A stretch of 64,000 bases of DNA from Octopus bimaculoides. Taxonomy: Eukaryota. Positions within the stretch are counted from its first letter, which is position 1, and each line of letters opens with the position of its first letter. The DNA lies in the NCBI RefSeq assembly GCF_001194135.2, contig NC_068987.1, positions 93,976,171 to 94,040,170 of the forward strand, in the 5' to 3' direction. This document shows, one piece after another, positions 1-12,517 of this stretch. The notes below the pieces were generated by a model. It saw only the letters and a list, made by a program, of their open reading frames with translations. It did not search any database and was not told the origin of the DNA. The position numbers were made by a program, and so were the translations under genes.

Positions 1-1
1 C

Positions 2-54
2 ATTATTATCATTATTATTATTATTATTATGATTATGATTATTATTATTATTAT
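2..54. repeat. (ATT)n microsatellite
   Basis: Direct tandem ATT/GAT units at the window start. Confidence 0.95.
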
Positions 55-689
55 CTCGTTCACAAAGCAAGTTGTATGGCTGAATCCGTAGACCGTCGGA
101 TCAATAAATTTTCGCAATATTATTCTTTGTGTACGCTTTCATTTTGAACCTCACCGTTTTTAATTTGTCATTCATTTTTCGATTATCGATAAAATATTTT
201 CTCAGATCCATTCATTTCACTTTGCGTCTCTCTTTTTTTACTAAATGCTGACATTCTACCAATGTGGTAAGCTGTTCAAAATGGTAACACATTAGAACGA
301 CTAATTTGTTGTTTGTTTTCTCCTGTGGCAACATCCTAAGTTCGATTCTTCCATGGGTCGATACTGGTTTAATTCCACTTGATATTGGAAATGTGTCAAT
401 CACAAGGTGCAGTTAACTCATTTAACTATAAACGTGTTGGGTTCTCGACAGCGAAATCGAGAATTGGTCAAAATGTCGTCAGTTAGTCGTTCTTGTTCTT
501 GACGTTCTGGGTTTCATACTGTGAAGTTCAACTTTGACTTATATTCTTCTGAGTTTCATAAATAAAAAACTTCCTAGTTCAGTATTTGTATCAATTTAAT
601 CAACAGTAGAGGCTGAAGTCCCTGAAGCTGTCCACAGTTGCTTTTAAATTCTTTATGGCAATTCAGCTCGAGCAATGATACTGGTGCTG

Positions 690-800
690 AGTTCTATGAC
701 TCTTTGACCTTCTAAGCAATATTTTATAACGCTTGGGTAATTGCTGATCTTCCATTCGACATTGCTAAGGCCTGAACCCTCTTTTGATTAATATTCATGG
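690..800 (-). mobile_element. Possible highly decayed RTE-like LINE ORF2 C-terminal remnant
   Basis: Minus-strand translation CRMEDQQLPKRYKILL resembles the RTE motif HV.RM.D.RLPK. Short, with stops nearby. Confidence 0.25.
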
Positions 801-941
801 TTTCTCTTGATGTAAGCTATTATCATTATTATTAATAATTTTTATATGAAGGCACACATGTATCAGAAACTGTAGGTTATTGAATTTACATATCTTTCAG
901 ACTTAGTTTGCTGTTGTTTGGTTCTAACTGAACACGGGAAA

Positions 942-1070
942 GTGCCATGGCCTAGTGAATAGGTTATAAAATCTCACCATAAAGCTATCGGTTCAATTCC
1001 TTAACTGGCAGCTCGTTGTGACCTTCAGCAAGGCATTTGTTTCTCATTGCCCCAGTCAACTCAGCTGTCA
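942..1070 (+). mobile_element. Decayed tRNA-derived SINE (family C-like)
   Basis: A-box-like TGGCCTAGTG, B-box-like GGTTCAATTCC, then GTTGTGACCTTCAGCAAGGCA...CCAGTCAACTCAGCTG, similar to the reverse complement of 46295-46597. Confidence 0.55.
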
Positions 1071-4000
1071 ATCAAGTTTCTCACACATGCCTTCATATCA
1101 CTCTATTTTTATGATTCATTTAACATTATCATCTCTAAACATGAAAAATTTTCAGTTGGTTTAATTCATCTCAGAATCGATTCGCGGCATCATTTGTAAG
1201 TGAAATATTTCTGTACAAAACTTGTAACATTCTTCCACGTTTTTAAGCAAGCAGAGTCCCTTAATAATATTCATGTGTTTGTTGATTTGTTCAACAAAAA
1301 TTTTATCGAAAGATTCCTAATTTGACCAAAGCTCTGCAACAGAATTATTTCCCCTTTCAATTTGTTGACTGCATGCGAAACACATTCATTAACAAGCGCA
1401 AGGCCCAGAGGTAAATTTCATTCGTTTCATTCTCAAAGAATATTACTAATTGCCGTTATTGGTTTGTCCTGTGTTAAAAAAGAAGAATTTCGAGTCAGAA
1501 ATCATCTGTATAACCTAGCGATGCCGAGTAAAAGTGACTTCCAGTTTTCAATAAGTAAGGTGTTTCCTTTATTCAACTTCAACAAAATCAGAAATCTTGA
1601 GATGAAAGCAAAAAATTTACGCTAAAAGAAAACGAAACGAAAATTTTCCATACCAAGATCGATTAAATCTGTAACATTCTGTTCAGCAACCGACTGCAAT
1701 ACATAAATTTTGTTTCAAATATTTCCTTCAAATTTGAAAACATGTTATCACTGTCTTCATAATGCCTGAAAACTCCAAACATTGAACTGTACTTGTGACT
1801 TAAAAATATAAAGCATTTCCCAAAGAGACCGTTTTCTCTTCTGAGTCTACATAATTAGAAATTGTGTCTTCACTTTCATTTAATGTATTCTCTAACTCCG
1901 TCAACTTTGACTATGAAACAATTTTTATGGTTAATGTCTCGAAATAATTACAGGAAATAGGTTTACGGAATTGGTGAATTCCATATTTAACAATTGCATA
2001 AAGTATTCCTTTATTGTCTTCGACTTAACCTAGTGCAGTGGTTAGAAAGGAATAGTAATCGTTTCTGGTTTTGTTCGGACACTGGAAAACTTCTTTGCCA
2101 TCCCAGAATCAGAGAAACTTTTATTTATTTATACTTTATTCAAACTTTGCAGATGAACGGGTTATGGATGCGAAGCTCCAGTAGAGATAACTGCATCTTT
2201 TTTGCATTCTTCGGTTGAAAAACCATAAAACACATATGTCAACTTGACAATTTTCTCTATTCTTGAACTGGTTCTTTTCGTTTGTATGAATTCGCATGTA
2301 TTTAGATGTCGAACAGGTAAAGTCATCAGAGAATGTGATCAAATGATTTTGTTCCAACTTACTTGCACTCCTAGTTCAATTCCTGCTGAGATCAACTTTA
2401 CTATTCATCATTTTGGAGTCGATCAGATGAAATCCCAGCCGAGGTCGGTGGATTAGCGGAATTGCAGAATTTTTCCTGTTTTTTTTGTTGTTGCTTTTCC
2501 TTAATTCTTAACTTTTGGGATTTTATCCTGCGCTTTGATTAGATCTACTACCCTTTGATTCTTGAACAACTTTATTCCATTCATTTGCAAGCATTTGGAG
2601 TGACATCTTTGATTTGAGAAGAAGTACGTTTCCTCTCCTCAGTTTCGAAAATTAAACGACCATGTTTCCTGCTCTTCTTTCTCTAAAGTAGTAGAAAATA
2701 GGAAGAAAAAGCATAATTCCTGTTTTTTGCCATATTTACATCCTGATTTACATATCAAACGGTGCACTTTTTATTCCTTTCTGCTTCTCCTAAACCATGA
2801 AACGTTGCTCTGAAATGATTTTACAATTGTATTTGGATATTTCGTCTGTGGGTTTTTGCGGTGCCGATTTATGCCCTGGAAAACAAATCGTAAACAGTTG
2901 TTGGAACAGCAAACACTCTTACAACAAAATCTATGATCAAATACTGTTGCTGCAAGCTCAAGCTAAAGGCTTGGCAACAACCGGTCACCGTGACAGTTGT
3001 AAAGGAAAAGACCCGGTTCAGTCTGAAATTTAAAAATTGCTAAAATACCCGAAACGCAGAACAAGAAAAAGCAAACTCTACAATAAGTCTCAAGAAAAGA
3101 AAAGCAACAACTGATTTGTGGCTGTAGTAGTACTAAACAGGAAAACCATTACAAGATGAGTGTTTGAAGAAATAAGCAATACGTGGCACCACCATGTTAA
3201 TTCCAAAGGAGGTAGAAAGGAACAAATTTCTAACCTGATTTTTCTCGTCTGTCCCAAATATCTAATCTATTGCACTTGGTAGACGATCTGATGGTAACGT
3301 TCCTCGTAAATTCCCTGTATATATCCAGTAATAGATGTGTTACTTATATCCCAGTGAAGTCTTTTTTTTTTTCTGCGGATCATGTTGTACATTGTTTGGT
3401 GGCAAATAGAGATAACACTTCCATAACAACCGCCACTTCATATATTCTATGATCTCGACCGAAGACTGACATCCTCGACATTTACGATTTCTTCAGTCGA
3501 TATTTCGTCCAAGAGCATTTATATCTAAAGTTAATATTTTAATCTTCCTCATGTGGTGGGGAGAGGAATATCATTCAATAATCTTTTTGTAGAAGGCAAA
3601 ATTTGTTTTATTTTGCTGAAGTAAACCCGTCCTGCACATCTGGATTCACATAAGAAGTCACCAGGAAGTGGAATTTTCACGAAAACTCATTTCCCGAGCC
3701 GAACGATGTTATTCCTTTTATTGTTCAGCATTTGGTTGTCGCCATTATTTAGCTGGTGCCAAATGTTGTTGAAAGGTTGTCTACACTTAAGTCTCTTTCT
3801 CAATTCGATTAAATCTGTCAGTATCACAGTTTGTGTGACAGTTTGCAATTGATGTCAGGATCTTGAAGGTATTCATAGCGATTCAACGAGTTTCCTCTAC
3901 AAACCATTCAAATATCCTAATTGTCGGTATTAATGTGGGTACTGAAAATGCATTATGGGCTATTACCTTGAAAGAAAAAAGCTATGAGTGCCATGTTGTC

Positions 4001-4157
4001 TTTAATATTCTTTGCTTACTCCACTATTATTCTCTTTATTCGCAGCACCTTTGTACGATATATTTCATTCATATTTGTAAAAGTCATTGTGTGGAGTAAG
4101 AGAGATGGAGAGGGACTACTGATGCAAAGATCTGGGGTTTGGAAAATAGTTTTCCTC

Positions 4158-4315
4158 TGTATGTATGTATGTATGTATGTATGTATGTATGTATGTATGT
4201 AGGTAGGCAGGTAGGTAGGTAGGTAGGTAGGTAGGTAGGTAGGTAGGTAGGTAGGTAGGTAGGTAGGTAGGTAGGTAGGGAGGTAGGTAGGCAGGTAGGT
4301 AGGTAGGTAAGTAGG
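4158..4315. repeat. Compound (TGTA)n-(GGTA)n tetranucleotide microsatellite
   Basis: Direct; explains the PTYL/HTYI pseudo-ORF. Confidence 0.95.
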
Positions 4316-4579
4316 TTCTCTTTGTTTTTAATTTAACATAAATTTTGACCGGCCATGTACTTGGTAGCAAAGTTGTGAAGAAAAGCATGTCCTTCTATCG
4401 CAATCTTTTGTAGCCTCTTCCCAAGAACCTAAAGTCAGCTTTGCTCTGCTCGAGACGGGGAGGTACATATCCTTCCTATGTATAGAAGCACGTATATAAG
4501 CATGCATGAATGAATGCACTCATGCAGGCAGCTTGACATTTACTGTAAGCAAAGGATACATTACACAGTTAGTCAAGTT

Positions 4580-4610
4580 GCTAGAAATAGCAGCCAAGTT
4601 ACCCTCAAAC
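4580..4610 (+). repeat. Short dispersed repeat motif (family D); inverted copies near 6990-7025 and 48549-48583
   Basis: Shared core CTAGAAATAGCAGCCAA...CCCTCAAA found three times in the window. Confidence 0.45.
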
Positions 4611-4892
4611 CCATTCTCTATAATGCTCAGCACGGAGAAATTTTATAACATAGGCTAGGGTAATAATATAATTGAGAAAAGGACGGGATGGCCATGGTTA
4701 CAGTAAATGGTCAAATAAACAGTAATAAACGGCGATTCATCCGTCCGAAGGTCACCTAATCCATGAAGAGGGAGGGACATTTGTTTGAGCAAAAGTGCGG
4801 TTCGCATTGTAAGACCCGAAATTATAAAGATACAATTCCGGTCGCAAACTTGAACTCGGGTAACATAAATACAGTGTAGATTACGACCACAT

Positions 4893-4927
<35 letters not shown>

Positions 4928-5569
4928 NNNNNNNNNNNNNNNNNNNNNNNNNNNNNNNNNNNNNNNNNNNNNNNNNNNNNNNNNNNNNNNNNNNNNNNNN
5001 NNNNNNNNNNNNNNNNNNNNNNNNNNNNNNNNNNNNNNNNNNNNNNNNNNNNNNNNNNNNNNNNNNNNNNNNNNNNNNNNNNNNNNNNNNNNNNNNNNNN
5101 NNNNNNNNNNNNNNNNNNNNNNNNNNNNNNNNNNNNNNNNNNNNNNNNNNNNNNNNNNNNNNNNNNNNNNNNNNNNNNNNNNNNNNNNNNNNNNNNNNNN
5201 NNNNNNNNNNNNNNNNNNNNNNNNNNNNNNNNNNNNNNNNNNNNNNNNNNNNNNNNNNNNNNNNNNNNNNNNNNNNNNNNNNNNNNNNNNNNNNNNNNNN
5301 NNNNNNNNNNNNNNNNNNNNNNNNNNNNNNNNNNNNNNNNNNNNNNNNNNNNNNNNNNNNNNNNNNNNNNNNNNNNNNNNNNNNNNNNNNNNNNNNNNNN
5401 NNNNNNNNNNNNNNNNNNNNNNNNNNNNNNNNNNNNNNNNNNNNNNNNNNNNNNNNNNNNNNNNNNNNNNNNNNNNTTACATATATATATATATATATAG
5501 TGGTTATGTACATTTTAATATTTGTGTAAATTATATGTAACTATGTTTTACACAGAGACACATACGCAT

Positions 5570-6187
5570 ACATACGCACACACACACACGCGCGCACACA
5601 CACAAACACACACAAACTGACAGAGGGAGAGAGAGAAGAGAAGCGGAAATTTAAGTGAGAGGAATGTGATAAAGAATGAATTGTTTACAGGAGACAAAAC
5701 AAGCAGAAAAATGGACAGAAGGAAATAACGAAAGAGAAAAAGAATAGAAGGAAGACAGTGAGAGAGAGAGAGAGAGAGAGAGTGAGAGAGAGAGAGAAAG
5801 CGAAAGAGAGGAAGACAATTTAGAGAGAAGGGAGAAAGTGTAGAAGGAAGTAGAAAAGAAAGAAACGAAAGAAAAAGAAGAAAATATGTTAGAAAACAAA
5901 GACAGAAAGATAGAAGACAAAAGAAAGAAAGAGATAAAGAGAGGAAGAAGAAAGAACGAGTGCAGAGAAGAAAGCTGCAAGGGAAGGTGGTGGTGGTGGT
6001 GGTGGTTGTGTTGGATGGTGCTGCATTTGATTGATGGATATTCCTGGGAAACAAAATGCTTAGAAGTGAAACCATTTTGGAGAAAAATGGTTTTGTGTGA
6101 GGAAAGCAACGAAGCGTGAAGCCAGTCGGCCAACAATAAATATATTTCTTCTATAAATAAAACATGAACAGTAATAACAAGAACCAA

Positions 6188-6219
<32 letters not shown>

Positions 6220-6610
6220 ATAGAGTATGGTTGGTAGAAGTGGTGGTAGACGATATGGCAGTGGTGGTGGTGGTAGTGGCTGTGGGAAGTTGTGTATAGG
6301 GGCAGCAGAGATGGAGAGGAGGATGGTAGTGTTATTTGCTGTGGTTGTGTTGTAGCAGAGGCGGTAGTTGTGGTGGTAGAAGTAGCGGCAGTAGTAGAGA
6401 TGTTGTGCAAGTTATGATTGTGTCGGTAGTAGTAGGTCCTGAAGTACGTAGTTTCGGTTGTAGTGGTGGGATTGTAGCTGGTGATGATGTAGTCGAAGAT
6501 GGCGGTAGCGAAGATGGCGGTGATGTTGTTTGTGGTGTAAACATCAGTAGAAAGTAGTGATGTAATAGAAGTAATTAGACTGTTGTTGCTGTTGTTGTTG
6601 TTGTTGTATA
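5570..6610. repeat. Low-complexity block: (CA)n, (GA)n, purine-rich tract, degenerate (GCA/GTA/GTG/GTT)n
   Basis: Direct; overlapping homopolymeric ORFs in several frames. Confidence 0.9.
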
Positions 6611-6734
6611 ACCCCAAGTCAACCCTAAGAAAAGAAACTTAGAGGGAAAAGCGCTCCAGCCTACCACGGTCAAATCTTCTTTTTTCCTTTTTAGGCACTG
6701 GGGGGGGGGGCTGTGGGATTTTGGCTGAAGGTGA

Positions 6735-6920
6735 GCAATTTTGAAGGGAGAAGTAAAGACGATTATATCGATCCCAGAGTGCAATACTGATTTATGTTAT
6801 CGACCCCGAGAGGGAAAAAGGCAAAGCTAATCACGGCATGAATTGAGCTCAAAACGTAAACAGTGGAAAGAAATGCTGCTAAGCAATTTGTCCGACGCAC
6901 TGACTCGGTCTGCTAGCTTA
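6735..6920 (-). mobile_element. Decayed tRNA-derived SINE, family B
   Basis: TTATCGACCCCGAGAGGGAAAAAGGCAAAG...GAATTGAGCTCAAAACGTAAA matches the family B copies at 12518 and 8030. Confidence 0.6.
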
Positions 6921-7163
6921 AGACACAATGTAATTAAGATTACATTTTGTAAGGCTGCAATGTGTCTTCAAGATTTAAGAAGTTAAAGCGTGATTTGAGG
7001 GTGAGATTTGACTGTCGTTTCTAACATACTGTGTATAGTGTAAAGCTATTTAGTCGCGATTTCTATTCTTAAGTCTGGCACTTCCTCCGTTATATTAATG
7101 ACTCTGCGTTATTTGTCCCCGTTCAAAACTTTCATTTGAATCCACGTCCAGAAAGAAAGGACG

Positions 7164-7216
<53 letters not shown>

Positions 7217-7235
7217 TATAATGACGATGATGATG

Positions 7236-7276
<41 letters not shown>

Positions 7277-7361
7277 TTCTAACTTGTCTCTTGAGGTCTC
7301 TGGGTGAGACTTGGATCCAACTTGTACAAATGCAAAACAAAAGTCAAACAAAATAATAGTA

Positions 7362-7414
<53 letters not shown>

Positions 7415-7640
7415 GATGATGATGATGATGACGACGATGATGATGACGATGATGATGATGATGGAGATGGAGGAAGGGGAGGAGGAGGAGTAGGAGAAGA
7501 AGAAGAAGAAGAAGAAGAAGAAGAAGAAGAAGAAAAAGAAGAAGAAGAAGAAAGAGGAAGAGGAGAAGAAGAAGACGAAGAAGAAGAAGAAGAAGAAGAA
7601 GAGGAGAAGAAGAAAGAGGAGAAGAAGAAAGAGGAGGAAG
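7164..7640. repeat. Compound trinucleotide array (AAT)n - unique island - (GAT)n - (GGA) - (GAA)n
   Basis: Direct; source of the poly-D/E, poly-I and poly-S pseudo-ORFs. Confidence 0.95.
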
Positions 7641-7883
7641 GACATGGAAATGCCAAAAGTTGTATTTAATTTGAAGTGAGAGTTGGTTGGAGGCACTTGT
7701 CATGCGGTAGGTAGGCAGGGTGGGAGAGAGAGAGAGAGATTAGGTGGAATCAATTGTGGTGGTCTTTGAGAGGGTGGGGGAGTCCTTATTGATAGGTGGT
7801 GGTGGTGGTGTTAATATGGACGAGATGGCTTGGTGCTGGAAGATGAGCGGTGTGACGGAATGTAAGAGATGATTATTATTATC

Positions 7884-8015
7884 AAGGCGGTGACCTGTCA
7901 GAATCCATAAGTATGCCGGACAAAATGCTTGGCATCATTATGTTCTGAGTTCGAATTACGACAAGCTGGACTTAGCCTTTCGCCCTCTCAGGATCGACAA
8001 AATAAGTACCAGATG
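7884..8015 (+). mobile_element. tRNA-derived SINE, family B (5' part)
   Basis: AAGGCGGTGACCTGTCAGAATC head, B-box-like GAGTTCGAATT, central GCCTTTCGCCCTCTCAGGATCGACAAAATAAGTACCAG. Confidence 0.75.
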
Positions 8016-8029
8016 AGAACTGTTAAAAC

Positions 8030-8133
8030 GCAAAGTCGACCTCGGCGGAATTTGAACTCAGAACGTAGCGGCAGACGAAATACTGCTAAGTATTTCACCG
8101 GGCGTGCTAACGTTCCTGCCAGCACACCGCTTT
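8030..8133 (-). mobile_element. tRNA-derived SINE, family B (head), inverted relative to the upstream copy
   Basis: Reverse complement AAAGCGGTGTGCTGGCAGGAACGTTAGCACGCCCGG...GTTCTGAGTTCAAATTCCGCCGAGGTCGACTTTGC. Confidence 0.8.
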
Positions 8134-8470
8134 AATTTTTGCGATTTATTAGAAACGATTAATATCGTTAGAGGTGGCGACGTTGGTGGAGGTGGCGCTG
8201 TTGGATGTAATGTGTTTGTTACTGATATTGTTGTCTAGCCTCAAATTAGTCCCAATTCAGCAAACTTATGATAAAAGGTTTACCAAGCGTGACCATCACG
8301 TCCATTTTGTATATAGAGGCTCGAAATACCAACCAACCTGTCGTTTGTTGCGACAGTAGGATGGGTACTGCTAAATGTAGCAGATCAGCGAGAGACCAGC
8401 CGAAGGTTTCACTCTTGGTTTACCTACGTTCGAGGCGAAGACTATTGTGGAGGTTGAAGGGGATGGGAAA

Positions 8471-8542
8471 CAACAGCAGCAGAAGCAGCAGCAGTGGCGG
8501 CGGCGGCAGCAGCAGCAGTAGCAGCAGCAGCAGCAGCGGTAT

Positions 8543-8593
<51 letters not shown>

Positions 8594-8820
8594 GCTGATG
8601 TTGTTGTTATTGGGTAGCGGTGGTAGTGGCGGAGATGTTTGAAAATGACCAAAACAAAACAACAAAAGGCCGAAGAGAAAAAGAGGAAGGGGAGAAAAAT
8701 GTGCCGGTGAAAAGGAAGAGGGAAGAGGAAGGAGAAGAAGAAGAAGAAGAAGAAGAAGAAGAAGAAGAAGAAGAAGAAGAAGAAGAAGAAGAAGAAGAAG
8801 AAGAAGAAGAAGAAGAAATG
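8471..8820. repeat. Compound (AGC)n-(AGT)n ... (GAA)n arrays
   Basis: Direct. Confidence 0.95.
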
Positions 8821-9223
8821 CAAAAAGTGCAGTAGGCGTCGAAAACCCTGCCCAAAATACCAACAATAACTATAAAAATGATGCCAATGGTGACAAGAGA
8901 AAACTAAAGCATTCTTGTAAAATGTCTAAATGGAAGGACAAAAATAAATAAACAAGGAAAACGAAAGGGCAACCGCCAAGAATTCTACATGGAAATCGAT
9001 AGCGTTCTTTCAATTCCGATTATTGTTTTTCTTTATTTAAGGAACCGTAAGAACCTACTCAACATTTACAGTGCTTAAATACCATTGATGGTGCCACTAG
9101 CACCAGCACATTACCAATTTTCTAAAGTACATTTATGTATATATGTACGCATGTGTATATGTATATGTGTGTGTGTGTGTGTCTGTATGTCTCTGTCTAT
9201 ATATGTCTGTATATATGTATATA

Positions 9224-9258
<35 letters not shown>

Positions 9259-9622
9259 NNNNNNNNNNNNNNNNNNNNNNNNNNNNNNNNNNNNNNNNNN
9301 NNNNNNNNNNNNNNNNNNNNNNNNNNNNNNNNNNNNNNNNNNNNNNNNNNNNNNNNNNNNNNNNNNNNNNNNNNNNNNNNNNNNNNNNNNNNNNNNNNNN
9401 NNNNNNNNNNNNNNNNNNNNNNNNNNNNNNNNNNNNNNNNNNNNNNNNNNNNNNNNNNNNNNNNNNNNNNNNNNNNNNNNNNNNNNNNNNNNNNNNNNNN
9501 NNNNNNNNNNNTACAGTGCTTAAATACCATTGATGGTGCCACTAGCACCAGCACATTACCAATTTTCTAAAGTACATTTATGTATATATGTACGCATGTG
9601 TATATGTATATGTGTGTGTGTG

Positions 9623-10385
9623 CAGGGGCGGTGAATAAACTGTCGTCTAAATTACGCAAAAATGAAAATAACATTGACGTCTCACTTTATCGGATATATC
9701 TGCGTAAACATATCTTGAAATAGTAAAGAGTAAATTTATTCAATAAAATCGCCATTGGCTTCATCCAAGATCTCCAGACGACTTTGGAATCTCCTGCAAC
9801 TCTTCGGAACAGTCTCCTTGTCATCAGTTCATCTCTAGTGTCACAAGGAGTTTTGTTGGTCTCTCGCTCAACTGCAACCCACATATAAATAATAGACATG
9901 GGGGTTGCATTCTGGGGATCTAGATGACCAAATGTTAAGTGTGATGTGGTCGCAGAAATTGCCTGACAGCCATGACTGGATTCTCTAGCATGTATAGCAC
10001 GGTGGAGAGTCCTGTTGCCAGACACAGGGCTTTCCAGCAGCCATCTCCTTGACCCAGGACAGCACAACTTCCTCCAGGCACTTGATGTAGGCCTCTGTGG
10101 GAAAATGAATGGAGGCATAACGTCGCCATCACTAGTGATCACTCCAAACAAAAAATAATCTTAACTGGATATTCGACTTTTTATCATTATCGATAAATGT
10201 CCTCAAATTCCCCTGTCCTCAGATTGACACATGAACACTTTGAAACGTTCGTAGTGGAGATTCCGACGTGAATCCCAAGCATTGCAGCATGTTATTTCCA
10301 ACTTTCTGGAAACGTGAATTTTGTCATGGTACTGTTTTGCTCACAGACGGTACTGTTTTGCTCACGTACGGACCCGAGTTTTAGG
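9623..10385 (-). mobile_element. Internally deleted, frameshifted Tc1/mariner transposon, probably DD37D (maT) family
   Basis: Minus-strand pieces: N-terminus MTKFTFPESWK*HAAMLGI...VNLRT (ATG at 10327), MFGVITSDGDVMPPFIFP, TEAYIKCLEEVVLSWV...WQQDSPPC...IWSSRSPECNP, VAVERETNKTPC, and a C-terminus ...EANGDFIE*. Spacing from the QQD aspartate to the damaged third-D position is about 37 aa. Confidence 0.85.
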
Positions 10386-11148
10386 GTTATTTCCCTTCTT
10401 CAGCGTACGATATATATATATGCATGTATGGATGGATGGATGTATGTATGTATATACGTATGTATGTATATTTAAATGAAACATTTATATTTGAATATAT
10501 TACACAGTATGCCATTCTAGATTTGACGATGGTAAATAATACTTTGGAGGATGTTTGTGATCTATTTCTTGCAAATAAGTGTTTGTCCCCGATTGTCCCT
10601 TCCGTTGACAATCAAGATCCCAGCTTGGCAGTATTGACAGAATTAGCGGTCAAAAATGTCTTCTCGTATATTGGTTACATCTTTTCAGCTTCTCATTTCA
10701 AATGGAAAAAAAAAGCCTCAGGTATTGTTTCCTCTCTCTGGTTTCGATATAACAAGTGCTTGTCAAGTTCTAGAATAGATTTATAGATTTGGACATATAT
10801 ATTATATATATATTTTTTATTTATATATATATATATATNNNNNNNNNNNNNNNNNNNNNNNNNNNNNNNNNNNNNNNNNNNNNNNNNNNNNNNNNNNNNN
10901 NNNNNNNNNNNNNNNNNNNNNNNNNNNNNNNNNNNNNNNNNNNNNNNNNNNNNNNNNNNNNNNNNNNNNNNNNNNNNNNNNNNNNNNNNNNNNNNNNNNN
11001 NNNNNNNNNNNNNNNNNNNNNNNNNNNNNNNNNNNNNNNNNNNNNNNNNNNNNNNNNNNNNNNNNNNNNNNNNNNNNNNNNNNNNNNNNNNNNNNNNNNN
11101 NNNNNNNNNNNNNNNNNNNNNNNNNNNNNNNNNNNNNNNNNNNNNNNN

Positions 11149-11188
<40 letters not shown>

Positions 11189-12517
11189 TGTTTTTGCAAG
11201 TATATATGTATACATGTCTGATGTTGGACTCGAACTTGTATGTACATATATAAATGCATGCAGAAATACACGCGCGCACGGATACACACACATACATTCA
11301 CACAAATACGCGCACATACATTCACACATATACATTTGCTGAACGATTTCAGTGAGTATTAGGAAAAAGGTTTGTGCTACATTTTGTATCCGCATAATTT
11401 AGATTACGCTATTTCAAATGCCAGTGCCCCCCACCCCTCTGAAATTACTGGGTGTTTGTGTAGGCAAACGATGTAAAAGTGGCTGGAAGCTGCCAGTGAA
11501 TATGCTGACTGTCTTCTGATGCTTGTTGTCTGCACGTTCTTCTGATAACATCTATTATCGTCTTACAATGATTGTTAGTAAAATAACTACCATGGAGTAT
11601 TCATATCCTTTATGTCTTCTATATACACATTATTCAAAATTAAACGCCGTGCATCGTTTTCAGCAAATATGTTTAGTTATATTTAATATTTATAACATTA
11701 ATACCTCTAAAACCTGTTTATTTTCACCAAACAACAGCTCTAGCTGAATATGAAATCAGCAGAGATCGATCTGATAAAACTTTATGTTAGAAGGACTTTA
11801 GAAGCGTTTGTATATCCAGGATAATAATCACTGGAATCCAGTTTTAGGACATCATAATTTTTCTCAGTCGGAATTATATTTAGTTTCACAAACTGAAAAA
11901 AAGCTACGTGAAAATTACAGTTTCGAATTACTGACAGTCACCCTCTGCTCACCGGATGGTATTGTTTGTAGCCTGTTTTAGTGAAAGGCTGTTTTTGAAA
12001 TATTCTATTCTTACTGGTGAATTAACTGAAGCATTTGACATTTCTTTGTATGCTAATGCATCGGGAATTTAGAGTTTCTGGACACGAACCAGCTTCGGTT
12101 TGACTGTCGATTTTTTTGCCAAATACTTGCAAAACAGTTGCCATTTAAAGAGTTCTTCTATCACTGATAAGTATTAAATAGGTTTAATTACATCACGTTT
12201 TAAAAACTCTGTAGGTTTTAAAGAAAAGTACAAGGTTTAATATATGTGTCACTCTAAATCGACGAAAAATTGATTGATTTGGTCATGTGAACAATTCTAT
12301 TTCTTCAAAGCCAACCAATGTAGATGTCAAATTTATTTAGTTATTCTTACTTCTCTACTCTGTCAAGTCTTAGCTTAGCTGATAAGGTCACAATAGTATC
12401 GAAACAATTCCTAGTTACCTCCCGTACTTGCTAAATTAGTCGCTCACTAATATTGGTTTTTTCGCCATTGCATAACTTATTTCTAATTCGCTTTTATTTT
12501 TACATTTCCAGTAATAA

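Noticed and set aside
6497-6520. Two YY1-like AAGATGGCGG motifs (also AAAATGGCTGC near 26057)
   Set aside because: They sit within degenerate trinucleotide sequence or occur singly; there is no promoter context.
7304-7669. Acidic poly-D/poly-E 121-aa ORF resembling a nucleolin or prothymosin-like tail
   Set aside because: It is entirely (GAT)n/(GAA)n repeat plus the unique island; there is no splice or homology support.
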